A program made the translations under genes and the position numbers. 64,000 bases of DNA from an uncultured Anaerolineales bacterium. Its GTDB lineage: Bacteria > Chloroflexota > Anaerolineae > UBA7937 > JACPPX01. The notes beneath the pieces are model-generated. The model did not search any database. It was not told where the DNA came from and saw only the letters and a list, made by a program, of their open reading frames with translations. Position 1 is the stretch's first letter, and each line of letters begins with the position of its first letter. Shown piece after piece: positions 56,572 through 64,000 of this stretch. The DNA lies in the NCBI GenBank assembly GCA_964348195.1, contig CAYGBX010000002.1:63586-127585 (forward strand), given 5' to 3'.

Positions 56572-57750
56572 GTGGGAATCGCCAAGAAGACCGTCCGCGA
56601 TGTGGAGGTCGAGGGGAAGCGGGTACTGGTCCGGGCGGACCTGAACGTGCCCCTGGCGGAAGGAGGGGTGGCCGACGAGACTCGGATCCGGGCATCGGTT
56701 CCCACACTGCGGTACCTGCTGGAGCGAAGGGGAATGGTTGTGCTCATGTCCCACCTCGGCAGGCCGGAGGGGCGGGTGGTAGAGGCGCTGCGGCTGGATC
56801 CCGTTGCCCGAAGCCTGGGCCGCCTCTTGGGCATGCCCATCCGAAAGCTCGACGATTGCGTGGGACCGGCGGTGGATAGGGCGGTGGAAGGGATGGCTCT
56901 GGGTGAGGTCGTGCTTTTGGAGAACACCCGGTTCCATCCAGGCGAGATGTCAAATGACGCCGGTTTCGCTGGCGCCCTAGCTGCGCATGGGGAGTTGTTC
57001 GTGAACGACGCCTTCGGCTCGGCCCATCGTGACCATGCCTCGGTGGTGGGGGTAGCGGAGCGCCTTCCGGCGGTGGCGGGGCTTCTCATGGAGAGGGAGA
57101 TCGAGAACCTGAGCAAGGGGGTGGCGGGGCTCGAGCATCCCTACGTGGCGATTGTGGGCGGTGCCAAGGTTGCGGACAAGATCGGGGTGCTGCGCACGCT
57201 GTCTCGGAAGGCCGACACCCTGATGCTGGGCGGCGGGATCGCGTCCACATTTCTTCTCGCCAAGGGCTGGGAGATCGGAAAGTCACTGGCCGAACCAGAT
57301 CTGCGGGCAGAGGCGCGCGCGGTGATGAGAGAGGCCGGGGACCGGCTGATTCTCCCCTCTGACGTGGTGATCTCCCGAGAGGGGTCCGATGCCGCGGGCA
57401 GCGAGATCGTGGATGCCGATCGCATCCCGGCCTGGGCCCAAATCGTGGATATCGGTCCTCGCACTGTCTCAGACTTCGTCGAACGACTGGAGACCGCCCG
57501 TCTGGTCGTGTGGAGTGGACCGTTGGGGGTCTTCGAGACTCCTGAATATGCGGAGGGCACCATGGCCGTGGCCCGCGCGGTCGGCCAGCTGGATGCGACC
57601 GTGATCGTGGGAGGCGGCGATTCGGCGGCGGCCATATCCCAGGCGGGAGTAGCGGACCGTGTGACCCACGTCTCCACGGGCGGCGGGGCGGCGCTTCGCT
57701 TTCTGCAGGGGGAGACACTCCCCGGCATCGCCTATCTGGAGGATCGATAG
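56572..57750 (+). CDS. pgk: Phosphoglycerate kinase
   Basis: 'RADLNVPL', 'MSHLGRP', 'NTRFHPGE', 'FVNDAFGSAHR', 'STGGGAAL'. GTG start. Confidence 0.96.
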   Translation: MGIAKKTVRDVEVEGKRVLVRADLNVPLAEGGVADETRIRASVPTLRYLLERRGMVVLMSHLGRPEGRVVEALRLDPVARSLGRLLGMPIRKLDDCVGPAVDRAVEGMALGEVVLLENTRFHPGEMSNDAGFAGALAAHGELFVNDAFGSAHRDHASVVGVAERLPAVAGLLMEREIENLSKGVAGLEHPYVAIVGGAKVADKIGVLRTLSRKADTLMLGGGIASTFLLAKGWEIGKSLAEPDLRAEARAVMREAGDRLILPSDVVISREGSDAAGSEIVDADRIPAWAQIVDIGPRTVSDFVERLETARLVVWSGPLGVFETPEYAEGTMAVARAVGQLDATVIVGGGDSAAAISQAGVADRVTHVSTGGGAALRFLQGETLPGIAYLEDR

Positions 57751-58772
57751 TGGCTTTTGCGCCAGGCAGCGTGGTGGGCCCGTACCGCATCCTGGAGGAG
57801 CTGGGCCGGGGCGGCATGGCCACGGTTTGGAAGGCCTACCACGAGGCTCTGGAGCGGCACGTGGCTATCAAGGTGCTTCACCCCAGCTTCACAGAAGAGG
57901 AGGCCTTCCTGGATCGGTTTCAGCAGGAGGCCAAGGCGCTGGCACGGCTGAGCCACCCCAACATCGTCCCTATCCACGACTACAGCGAGCACCAGGGTAG
58001 CCCCTACCTGGTGATGCGATATGTGGAGGGCCACAGCTTGCACCAATACCTCCACGGGCGGCGGCTCTCCCTCCGGGAGGTTCTGGAGATCGTCCGCCCC
58101 GTGGGGGAGGCGCTGGCCTACGCCCACGGCCAGGGTGTCCTTCACCGGGACATCAAGCCGGGCAACATCATGCTGACCTTCGACGGGGAGGTTGTGCTGA
58201 GCGACTTTGGGCTGGCCAAGCTGGTAGAAAAGGACGAGGCCCTGGCGCGGGAACTGCTCATGGGGACTCCTCAGTACATCTCACCCGAGCAGGCCAAGGC
58301 GGATCCCCTCGATAACCGCACCGACCTCTACTCGCTGGGAATTGTCCTCTTCGAGATGATCGCCCAGCGCGTTCCCTTCGACGGCGACACGCCTTACGAC
58401 GTCATCCACCGGCACATTTACGATCCCCCTCCATCGGTGTCTGCCTTTCGAGCAGACTTGCCATCCGCCATCGACGAGGTCCTCCAGATCGCGATGGCCA
58501 AGCAGCCTCAGGATCGGTACCCCGACATCCAGACCATGATGGCCGATCTGGAAGCCGCGATCCTGGGGACGGAGCGGGCGAGGCCCCAGCCTCGTGCCGC
58601 TGCGCGCGTGCCCCTGGCAACCGAGCTGGCCCCGCCGGCGGAGCGGCGTGGACCTGGGCCGGAAAGGGTATCTCCGGTGCGGCGCCCGCCCTATCTTCTC
58701 CTAGCAGGAGCCGTGTTGCTGCTGGCGGCCTGCGGGGTTGTCTTTCTGGCGCTCAACTCCGGTCTGTTCTAG
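57750..58772 (+). CDS. Hanks-type serine/threonine protein kinase, C-terminally tail-anchored
   Basis: 'LGRGGMATVWKA', 'VAIKVL', 'HRDIKPGNIML', 'DFGLAK', 'SPEQ'. The C-terminal TM 'LLLAGAVLLLAACGVVFLAL' ends 6 residues before the stop. The GTG shares 1 nt with the pgk TAG. Confidence 0.9.
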   Translation: MAFAPGSVVGPYRILEELGRGGMATVWKAYHEALERHVAIKVLHPSFTEEEAFLDRFQQEAKALARLSHPNIVPIHDYSEHQGSPYLVMRYVEGHSLHQYLHGRRLSLREVLEIVRPVGEALAYAHGQGVLHRDIKPGNIMLTFDGEVVLSDFGLAKLVEKDEALARELLMGTPQYISPEQAKADPLDNRTDLYSLGIVLFEMIAQRVPFDGDTPYDVIHRHIYDPPPSVSAFRADLPSAIDEVLQIAMAKQPQDRYPDIQTMMADLEAAILGTERARPQPRAAARVPLATELAPPAERRGPGPERVSPVRRPPYLLLAGAVLLLAACGVVFLALNSGLF

Positions 58773-59065
58773 CCATCAGAGTCCCGATCGACTCTCCCTA
58801 GCCCGGGTGCGCCTGGCCTGGGGTGACTCCTTCCCTGCCTTCGGGCTGCCTGGGACTTGTCGCTCCTCTCCTCGTTCGGGGATAAGGTCGCCCGGTCCTC
58901 CCCGTTCCAGCATTGCAGCGTCGGTCTGAGGCTCCGATTGTGGTGCCTCGATCCCAGGGATCTTCGAGGGCGTGTCGGAGTCGGAATCCGGTGGAAGTTC
59001 CCGCGGGGACAGCGGGATGGGGGAGGCTCTGACTCTGGGTTCCGGGTGAGCGTGACGACCCGGAG

Positions 59066-60106
59066 TCAGCTCTCCGAGCGTCTACCGGCGGTGATGAGCA
59101 GGGCGAGGGCGGAGCCGGTCAGGACTGTCAGCGCGACCAGCTTGTACTGCGCCGATGGCAGGAGGAGGGCCAGTCCGCCGAAGACGAGCGAGACCAGGTA
59201 GAAGATGCCCACCACTCCCCTCTCGGAAAGTCCCATCTCCAGGAGCCGGTGGTGAAGGTGTCGACGGTCGGCCTGGAACGGAGATCGTCCGCTCTGTATT
59301 CGGTTCAGGATCTGCCAGGCGACGTCCAGGATGGGGATCCCCAGGACGAGAAGCGCCGTGGCCGTCTTCGCTCCTCCGAAGATGGAGAACGTTCCCAGGG
59401 CGTAGCCGAGCAGCATCGATCCTGAGGAGCCCAAGAAGACGCGGGCCGGATAGAAGTTGTGAGGAAGGAACCCGGCAACCGCCCCGGCTAGGGCGAGAGG
59501 GAGTAGGGCGACGCTGACCTGGCCCAGCCCAAGGCTGTGGGCTGTGAACACAAGTGCGGCGATCAAGGTCACCCCTCCCGCCAGCCCATCTAGCCCATCC
59601 AGCCAGTTGAGTGTGTTCATCATGCCCACGATCCAGAACAGAGTGAATGCTACGGCGAACCAGGTCGGGAAGGATATGGTGTCTCCTAGGGGACTAGAGA
59701 TCACATCGATTCGGATGCCGGAGAAGACGGCCAGGCCCGCCGCCCCCACCTGAGCGGCAAGTTGAGGCCAGGGAGGAAGCTCCCTGCGGTCGTCCCAAAC
59801 GCCCACCAGGAACACGAGCACAGCTCCGGAGAGAACTCCCAGAATCCGGCGGGGCTCCAGAGGATCGGGCAGGGGTTGTGCCGACGGTGGGTAGAGAGCC
59901 TGGGCCAGGACCACCGTCAGGAGGAAGGGCAGCATCACCGCCGCCCCGCCTAGCTTGGGCGTCGGTCGGGGATGGAGGTGTCGTGGCTCCCGGGGCTGGT
60001 CGACGAAGCCTGCGGTGACAGCCAGCCTTCCGATCCGCGGGGTGAGAAGCAAAGCCAGGAGGAAAGGGAGCGCGAACACCGCCACCAGAAGCGAAGGAGG
60101 AGACAT
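59066..60106 (-). CDS. Polyprenyl-phosphate N-acetylhexosamine-1-phosphate transferase (MraY/WecA family, GT4)
   Basis: 'VWDDRRELP', 'NTLNWLDGLDGLAGG', 'FLGSSGSMLLGY'. 10-11 TM segments. Confidence 0.88.
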   Translation of the reverse strand: MSPPSLLVAVFALPFLLALLLTPRIGRLAVTAGFVDQPREPRHLHPRPTPKLGGAAVMLPFLLTVVLAQALYPPSAQPLPDPLEPRRILGVLSGAVLVFLVGVWDDRRELPPWPQLAAQVGAAGLAVFSGIRIDVISSPLGDTISFPTWFAVAFTLFWIVGMMNTLNWLDGLDGLAGGVTLIAALVFTAHSLGLGQVSVALLPLALAGAVAGFLPHNFYPARVFLGSSGSMLLGYALGTFSIFGGAKTATALLVLGIPILDVAWQILNRIQSGRSPFQADRRHLHHRLLEMGLSERGVVGIFYLVSLVFGGLALLLPSAQYKLVALTVLTGSALALLITAGRRSES

Positions 60107-60197
60107 TCTCTGATGCTAGGTGCGACGCCGCCTTGGCCTGGCCAGCACGGTCACCGGAAGGGCGGCCAGGCTGAGGAGGTTCGTCATCGGAGAAGGA

Positions 60198-60854
60198 CTA
60201 CCCGGTTCCGAACTGCCGATCCCCTGCATCCCCCAGACCGGGAACGATGAAGCCGGCAGGGGGATCCCCCGGTCGTTGGGGTTCGGGGGTGAGGCGCTCA
60301 TCGACGGCCGCCAGGTGGATGTCGACCTGCGGGTGGGCCGAGGAGAGGCGCTCGATTCCCTCCGGTGCGGCGATGATTCCCATGAACTTGATACGTTCCG
60401 CCCCCCACCCCTTTAGGATATCGACTGTGGCGACCGCGGAACCTCCTGTAGCCAGCATCGGATCAAGGACGAGGACGACCTCTACGGTGGGCCGCACAGG
60501 GAGCCTGCTGTAGTAAGCCACGGGCTTCAGGGTTCTTTCGTCCCGATAGAGGCCGATGTGCCACACCTCAGCTGCGGGCATCATTTCCCACACGCCTTCG
60601 ACCATCCCCAGCCCGGCCCTCAGGATTGGCACGAGCCCGATCTTCTCCGCCAGCCGGTGGCCTTTGGCCTCGGCGAGCGGGGTGGAGATGGATGTCTCCT
60701 CCAGCCGCAGGTCGGCCGTGGCTTCGTATGCAAGGAGAATCGAGATCTCGCGCACAATCTCACGGAATTCGCGGGCTCCGGTACTGGTCTCCCGCAGCCG
60801 GGAGAGCTTGTGTCTGATGAGGGGATGGTTGGATTGGATCACTCGCTCTGCCAT
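60198..60854 (-). CDS. upp: Uracil phosphoribosyltransferase
   Basis: '[12 protein letters not shown]', '[10 protein letters not shown]', '[10 protein letters not shown]', '[11 protein letters not shown]', '[15 protein letters not shown]'. Collinear with E. coli Upp. Confidence 0.95.
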   Translation of the reverse strand: MAERVIQSNHPLIRHKLSRLRETSTGAREFREIVREISILLAYEATADLRLEETSISTPLAEAKGHRLAEKIGLVPILRAGLGMVEGVWEMMPAAEVWHIGLYRDERTLKPVAYYSRLPVRPTVEVVLVLDPMLATGGSAVATVDILKGWGAERIKFMGIIAAPEGIERLSSAHPQVDIHLAAVDERLTPEPQRPGDPPAGFIVPGLGDAGDRQFGTG

Positions 60855-60999
60855 CTCACCTCGCCTTTCCCGGAGTTGGCCTCCGGATTGGGGGCGTCAA
60901 AGAAGGGCAGGGTATTGGGGATCCCTGCCCTCTTGGCCTGCGGTGCTGTTCTTCCTGGTGGGCCGGCGATTGGCATCCTCGGCCTCCTCTGGGGCGCAC

Positions 61000-61028
61000 A
61001 TTATAAGGGAGGGAACGGTCGCCGGCAA
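61000..61028 (-). promoter_or_regulatory. Candidate upp promoter TTGCCG-17-TATAAT
   Basis: Minus-strand hexamers at 61028-23 and 61005-00. Implies a ~140-nt leader. Confidence 0.45.
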
Positions 61029-61095
61029 TGTACGCGCCCCCGAAAAGCAAAGGGACCCGCCCTAGGCGGATCCCAGTCGATCGTCGATCAAGCGG

Positions 61096-61434
61096 CTACC
61101 GAGGAACCCTGGCGCCCCGCTCAGCCCTGGCCTTGCAGTCAATGCAGAGCACCGCGTGGGGGATGGCCCTGAGTCGTGCCGGATCAATCTCATTGCCGCA
61201 GTTCTCGCAGATCCCGTAGGTTCCTCTCTCCACCTTGCGAAGGGCGTGATCCACCGACTCTAGTTTCCGTTCCAGATTCTGAAGGAGGGCTAGGATCTTC
61301 TCCCGCTCGTACATGTTGGGATCGCCCTCCTCGACATCGTCATCGACCTCGCTCTGGAGGGCCTCGCGCAGGCGGCTCATCTCCGCGACCGTCGCTTCAC
61401 GTTCCCTAAGCAGTTCGGTCTCCGCCTCTTCCAT
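61096..61434 (-). CDS. DksA/TraR family C4 zinc-finger protein
   Basis: Coiled-coil N-terminus and 'GTYGICENCGNEIDPARLRAIPHAVLCIDC'. Confidence 0.88.
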   Translation of the reverse strand: MEEAETELLREREATVAEMSRLREALQSEVDDDVEEGDPNMYEREKILALLQNLERKLESVDHALRKVERGTYGICENCGNEIDPARLRAIPHAVLCIDCKARAERGARVPR

Positions 61435-61517
61435 GACATCCCCCTCTCGCCATCAGCCGCACGAGAGAATCGGGAAGGTGCCGCCCCGCAGGGCCTGCCC
61501 TTCCCGGAAGATCCAGA

Positions 61518-61546
61518 ATTATACTTTCGATCCGCGGATGCGTCAA
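61518..61546 (-). promoter_or_regulatory. Candidate promoter TTGACG-17-TATAAT for the dksA-like gene
   Basis: Minus-strand hexamers at 61546-41 and 61523-18. Confidence 0.6.
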
Positions 61547-61564
61547 AGCGGGATGGAGACATCC

Positions 61565-61592
61565 TTGCCTGTCAACGGCTCGCTCCTATAAT
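61565..61592 (+). promoter_or_regulatory. Candidate ruvB promoter TTGCCT-16-TATAAT
   Basis: Hexamers at 61565-70 and 61587-92, back to back with the dksA-like promoter. Confidence 0.5.
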
Positions 61593-61632
61593 GAAGCTCC
61601 CGGACCAGGCGTATCCTCAGGACTGAGAAGCC

Positions 61633-62652
61633 ATGGCCGAAAGGGTACTGTCGCCCAAGCTGCGGCTCGAGGAGGCCCCACTCGAGGCCAACCTTCGTCC
61701 TCAGACCCTGGACGAGTTCATCGGACAGGAGAGGATGAAGGAGAACCTCAGGATCTTCCTGGAGGCGGCGCAGGCGCGCGGCGAGGCCCTGGAGCATCTC
61801 CTTCTGTGCGGCCCTCCGGGGCTGGGCAAGACCACGCTCGCCAACATCGTGGCCACCGAGATGGGCGTTCGGATCAGGATCACCTCTGGCCCTGCGGTGG
61901 AAAAGGTCCGGGACTTCGCCACCGTAGTTAGCAAGCTGGACCACCATGACGTCCTCTTCATCGACGAGGTGCACAGGCTGCCGCGTCCCGTTGAGGAGAT
62001 GCTGTATCCGGCGATGGAGGACCGTCGACTGGACATCATCGTGGGGAAGGGACTCCAGGCGCGCACCCTCCGGCTCCCTCTGAGTCCGTTCACGGTGGTC
62101 GGAGCGACCACTCGGACGGCTCTCCTCACCTCGCCCCTGAGGGCCCGCTTTGGCGTGATCTACCGGCTGGACTTCTACGATGTGGAGAGCATGGAGCAGA
62201 TCGTGCATCGATCGGCCGGGATCTTGGGGGTGGAGGTCGACTCGAAGGCGGCGCGCGAGATCGCACGGAGGTCACGTGGCACGCCCCGGGTGGCCAACCG
62301 TCTGCTGAAACGGCTTCGGGACTACGCTGAGGTGCGTGCTGAAGGTGCGATAACCCTACCGGTCGCGCTGGACGCTCTCGAGCTTCTGGAGGTGGACCGG
62401 CTGGGACTGGACGAGGTGGACAGGAAGGTGATCGAGACCATCATCGAGCGCTTCGACGGTGGTCCTGTGGGGCTTGATGCTATCGCCGCCGCTGTGGGAG
62501 AGGAGGCGGATAGCATCATGGACGTCCACGAGCCCTACCTCCTCCGCTTGGGGTTCATCGACCGCACCCCCCGCGGCCGGGTGGCGGCGCGGCCAGCGTA
62601 CGAGCACCTGGGTCTGCCCTACGAGGAGCGGGAGCAGCCCAACCTCTTCTGA
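61633..62652 (+). CDS. ruvB: Holliday junction branch migration helicase RuvB
   Basis: '[12 protein letters not shown]', '[11 protein letters not shown]', '[10 protein letters not shown]', 'GATTR', '[11 protein letters not shown]'. Confidence 0.97.
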   Translation: MAERVLSPKLRLEEAPLEANLRPQTLDEFIGQERMKENLRIFLEAAQARGEALEHLLLCGPPGLGKTTLANIVATEMGVRIRITSGPAVEKVRDFATVVSKLDHHDVLFIDEVHRLPRPVEEMLYPAMEDRRLDIIVGKGLQARTLRLPLSPFTVVGATTRTALLTSPLRARFGVIYRLDFYDVESMEQIVHRSAGILGVEVDSKAAREIARRSRGTPRVANRLLKRLRDYAEVRAEGAITLPVALDALELLEVDRLGLDEVDRKVIETIIERFDGGPVGLDAIAAAVGEEADSIMDVHEPYLLRLGFIDRTPRGRVAARPAYEHLGLPYEEREQPNLF

Positions 62653-62670
62653 ACCGGGAGCCTCCGATCG

Positions 62671-64000
62671 GTGAGTGCCCGAGCCAGGACCACGCGGCGC
62701 GAACCGGAGCAGGGGGGCGGCGTCTCGCCTTTCACGATCCGCTCCCTCAGTCTTCCCTCTGTCCTCCTGGTCGCGATCTCGGCCGTTCTGATCCTCCACC
62801 AAGCCTTCTATTTCGCGGCACTGGGAGGAGATGCGGTTGACGACGCCTACATCTCCTTTCGGTACGCCCGGAACTGGGTGGAGGGGGAGGGGTTGGTTTT
62901 CAACTCCGGGGAACGTGTTGAGGGATACACCAACTTCCTCTGGATTGTGGTGCTGGCCCCCGCCATCGCAGTTGGGCTGCCGGTGGGGCCGGTGTCCATG
63001 GTCCTGGGGGGAATCTGCTCCCTGGCAACGCTATGGCTCCTCTACCGCTACCTAGCGACCACCCCTGGCGGTGTGTGGGCCGGGGTGCTGGCGGCGGGCC
63101 TGCTGGCGGCGGATGGCTCCTTCGCCCTGTGGGCGGTGGGGGGGCTGGAGACGGCTCTCTTCACCCTCTTGGTGGCAGCGGGAGCCATATCCTACCTTCG
63201 GGAGGACGGCGGGCCACGACGGGGCTTGGCCACGGGGCTCCTTTTTGCCTTGGCCACGATGACCCGACCCGAGGGGATCCTGGTCCTGGGTGTGACGGCC
63301 TTCCACAGTGTGGCGCGAGCTGCGGCGGAGCGGCGGCTTCCTGGGCAGGCCGACCTGCTGAGGCTCCTCGGCTTTGCGGCGGTGTACGGACCCTACTTCC
63401 TCTGGAGGTTCTCCTACTACGGCTATCCCTTCCCCAACACCTTCTATCTGAAGGTGGGGACCTCCGATCGGGCCGCCGAGATGGCGCGGGGATGGGCACA
63501 TCTGCGCACTTTTGTGGGCGGACACGGCGCGCTACTTGTCCCCGCTGTAGCTACCTTGGCTTTCATCGAACGGGGAGTGAGGGCGGCGGCCTCCTACCTG
63601 GCTCTGGTAGTCGGCGTGTTCTTCGCCTATGTGATATACGTGGGGGGAGACTGGTCCGTGGGTCGGTTCTTCGTGCCCGTTCTGCCGCTCCTCTATACAC
63701 TGCTCGCCTTTGGGTTGCTGGGGGGCTACAGGCGACTCGCTCGATTGTGGAGGACGGGCCTGCCGAGGTCGATCCAAGGGGTGGTGGGGGCTTCGATCGT
63801 GGCGATCGCGGGGCTCCTGTTTGTCGGTTCCTCCGTGGAGGGGGAGAGCCGGCTCTTCGTGGAGGAGCTAGAGGCGCGAAGGGCTACGGAGGCACGAGTA
63901 GCGATGGGCCGGTGGCTCCGTGAGCACGTGCCTGAAGAGTCCTACCTTGCTGTGGATGCGGCCGGGCAAATCCCCTACTTCTCGCAGCTGCGGATTCTGG
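62671..64000 (+). CDS. Polytopic membrane protein, GT-C-type glycosyltransferase-like; 3' end outside the window. NOT in the supplied ORF track.
   Basis: Hand translation from GTG 62671 gives 443 codons with no stop to the window end. There are multiple hydrophobic helices and a first-loop '[40 protein letters not shown]' acidic DD motif, typical of GT-C enzymes. Confidence 0.7.
   Translation, partial: MSARARTTRREPEQGGGVSPFTIRSLSLPSVLLVAISAVLILHQAFYFAALGGDAVDDAYISFRYARNWVEGEGLVFNSGERVEGYTNFLWIVVLAPAIAVGLPVGPVSMVLGGICSLATLWLLYRYLATTPGGVWAGVLAAGLLAADGSFALWAVGGLETALFTLLVAAGAISYLREDGGPRRGLATGLLFALATMTRPEGILVLGVTAFHSVARAAAERRLPGQADLLRLLGFAAVYGPYFLWRFSYYGYPFPNTFYLKVGTSDRAAEMARGWAHLRTFVGGHGALLVPAVATLAFIERGVRAAASYLALVVGVFFAYVIYVGGDWSVGRFFVPVLPLLYTLLAFGLLGGYRRLARLWRTGLPRSIQGVVGASIVAIAGLLFVGSSVEGESRLFVEELEARRATEARVAMGRWLREHVPEESYLAVDAAGQIPYFSQLRIL

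Noticed and set aside
54316-56937. 388-aa (54316..55482) and 398-aa (55741..56937) ORFs antisense to the two gap genes and pgk
   Set aside because: Same GC-driven artefact. The sense-strand products carry complete GAPDH and PGK signatures, while the antisense products have no recognisable domains.
58773-59065. 293-nt spacer between the convergent kinase and MraY/WecA-like genes, with track ORFs of 63 and 114 aa
   Set aside because: The small ORFs overlap the minus-strand gene or have junk composition. I saw no clear hairpin, tRNA-like T-loop or conserved RNA motif, so I left it unannotated.
63033-63923. 296-aa track ORF in the last 1 kb
   Set aside because: The translation is Gly/Arg/Pro-rich and non-membrane. 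The +1 frame from 62671 is open to the window end and encodes a coherent polytopic membrane protein, so this ORF is an overlapping-frame artefact.
1-64000. Search for tRNA/rRNA genes, transposases, integrases, restriction or other defence genes, and prophage remnants
   Set aside because: There is no T-loop (GGTTCGAxTCC) in any intergenic region and no rRNA-like sequence. No ORF has transposase, integrase, reverse-transcriptase or Cas motifs. The NERD fragment (1..486), Mut7-C RNase and RtcA are single genes in housekeeping contexts, which is insufficient to call a defence system.

Overview
This is a high-GC bacterial chromosomal segment (G+C judged by eye, not computed), densely packed with about 62 protein-coding genes. 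I found no rRNA, tRNA, CRISPR array, transposase or integrase. Content is mostly housekeeping:
- Core functions: pdxST, tmk, remA-gmk, priA, nfo, surE, gatCAB, gdh, carD, def, pnp-rpsO, groESL (with a CIRCE operator), gyrA, murI, corA, gap-gap-pgk, upp, dksA-like and ruvB.
- Lineage hint: an isopentenyl-phosphate-kinase type mevalonate operon and many isolated TATAAT / TGnTATAAT boxes in GC-rich spacers suggest a Chloroflexota-like organism. This is inference only.

I did not recognise a defence island or a mobile element. The observations most worth follow-up are:
1. A bicupin of unknown function is translationally coupled inside an mvk / decarboxylase / IPK mevalonate operon, which then runs on into rtcA-rnz.
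2. That operon is preceded by a 370-nt spacer holding three degenerate ~80-bp modules and four perfect 20-bp tandem repeats, placed just after an extended -10 box.
3. gatC, gatA and gatB are interleaved with a GT4 glycosyltransferase, a sugar-phosphate nucleotidyltransferase, a 77-aa orphan and an aminotransferase, and the run ends in gdh.
4. The pnp leader contains an 11-bp perfect hairpin that sequesters the Shine-Dalgarno sequence.
5. Two GAPDH paralogues sit in tandem, followed by pgk overlapping a tail-anchored Ser/Thr kinase where tpiA is usually found.
6. A 443-codon open frame (62671 to the window end) is missing from the supplied ORF track and looks like a GT-C type membrane glycosyltransferase.

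Many long ORFs antisense to real genes are GC-driven artefacts and were rejected. All functional calls come from motif recognition by eye, with no database search.
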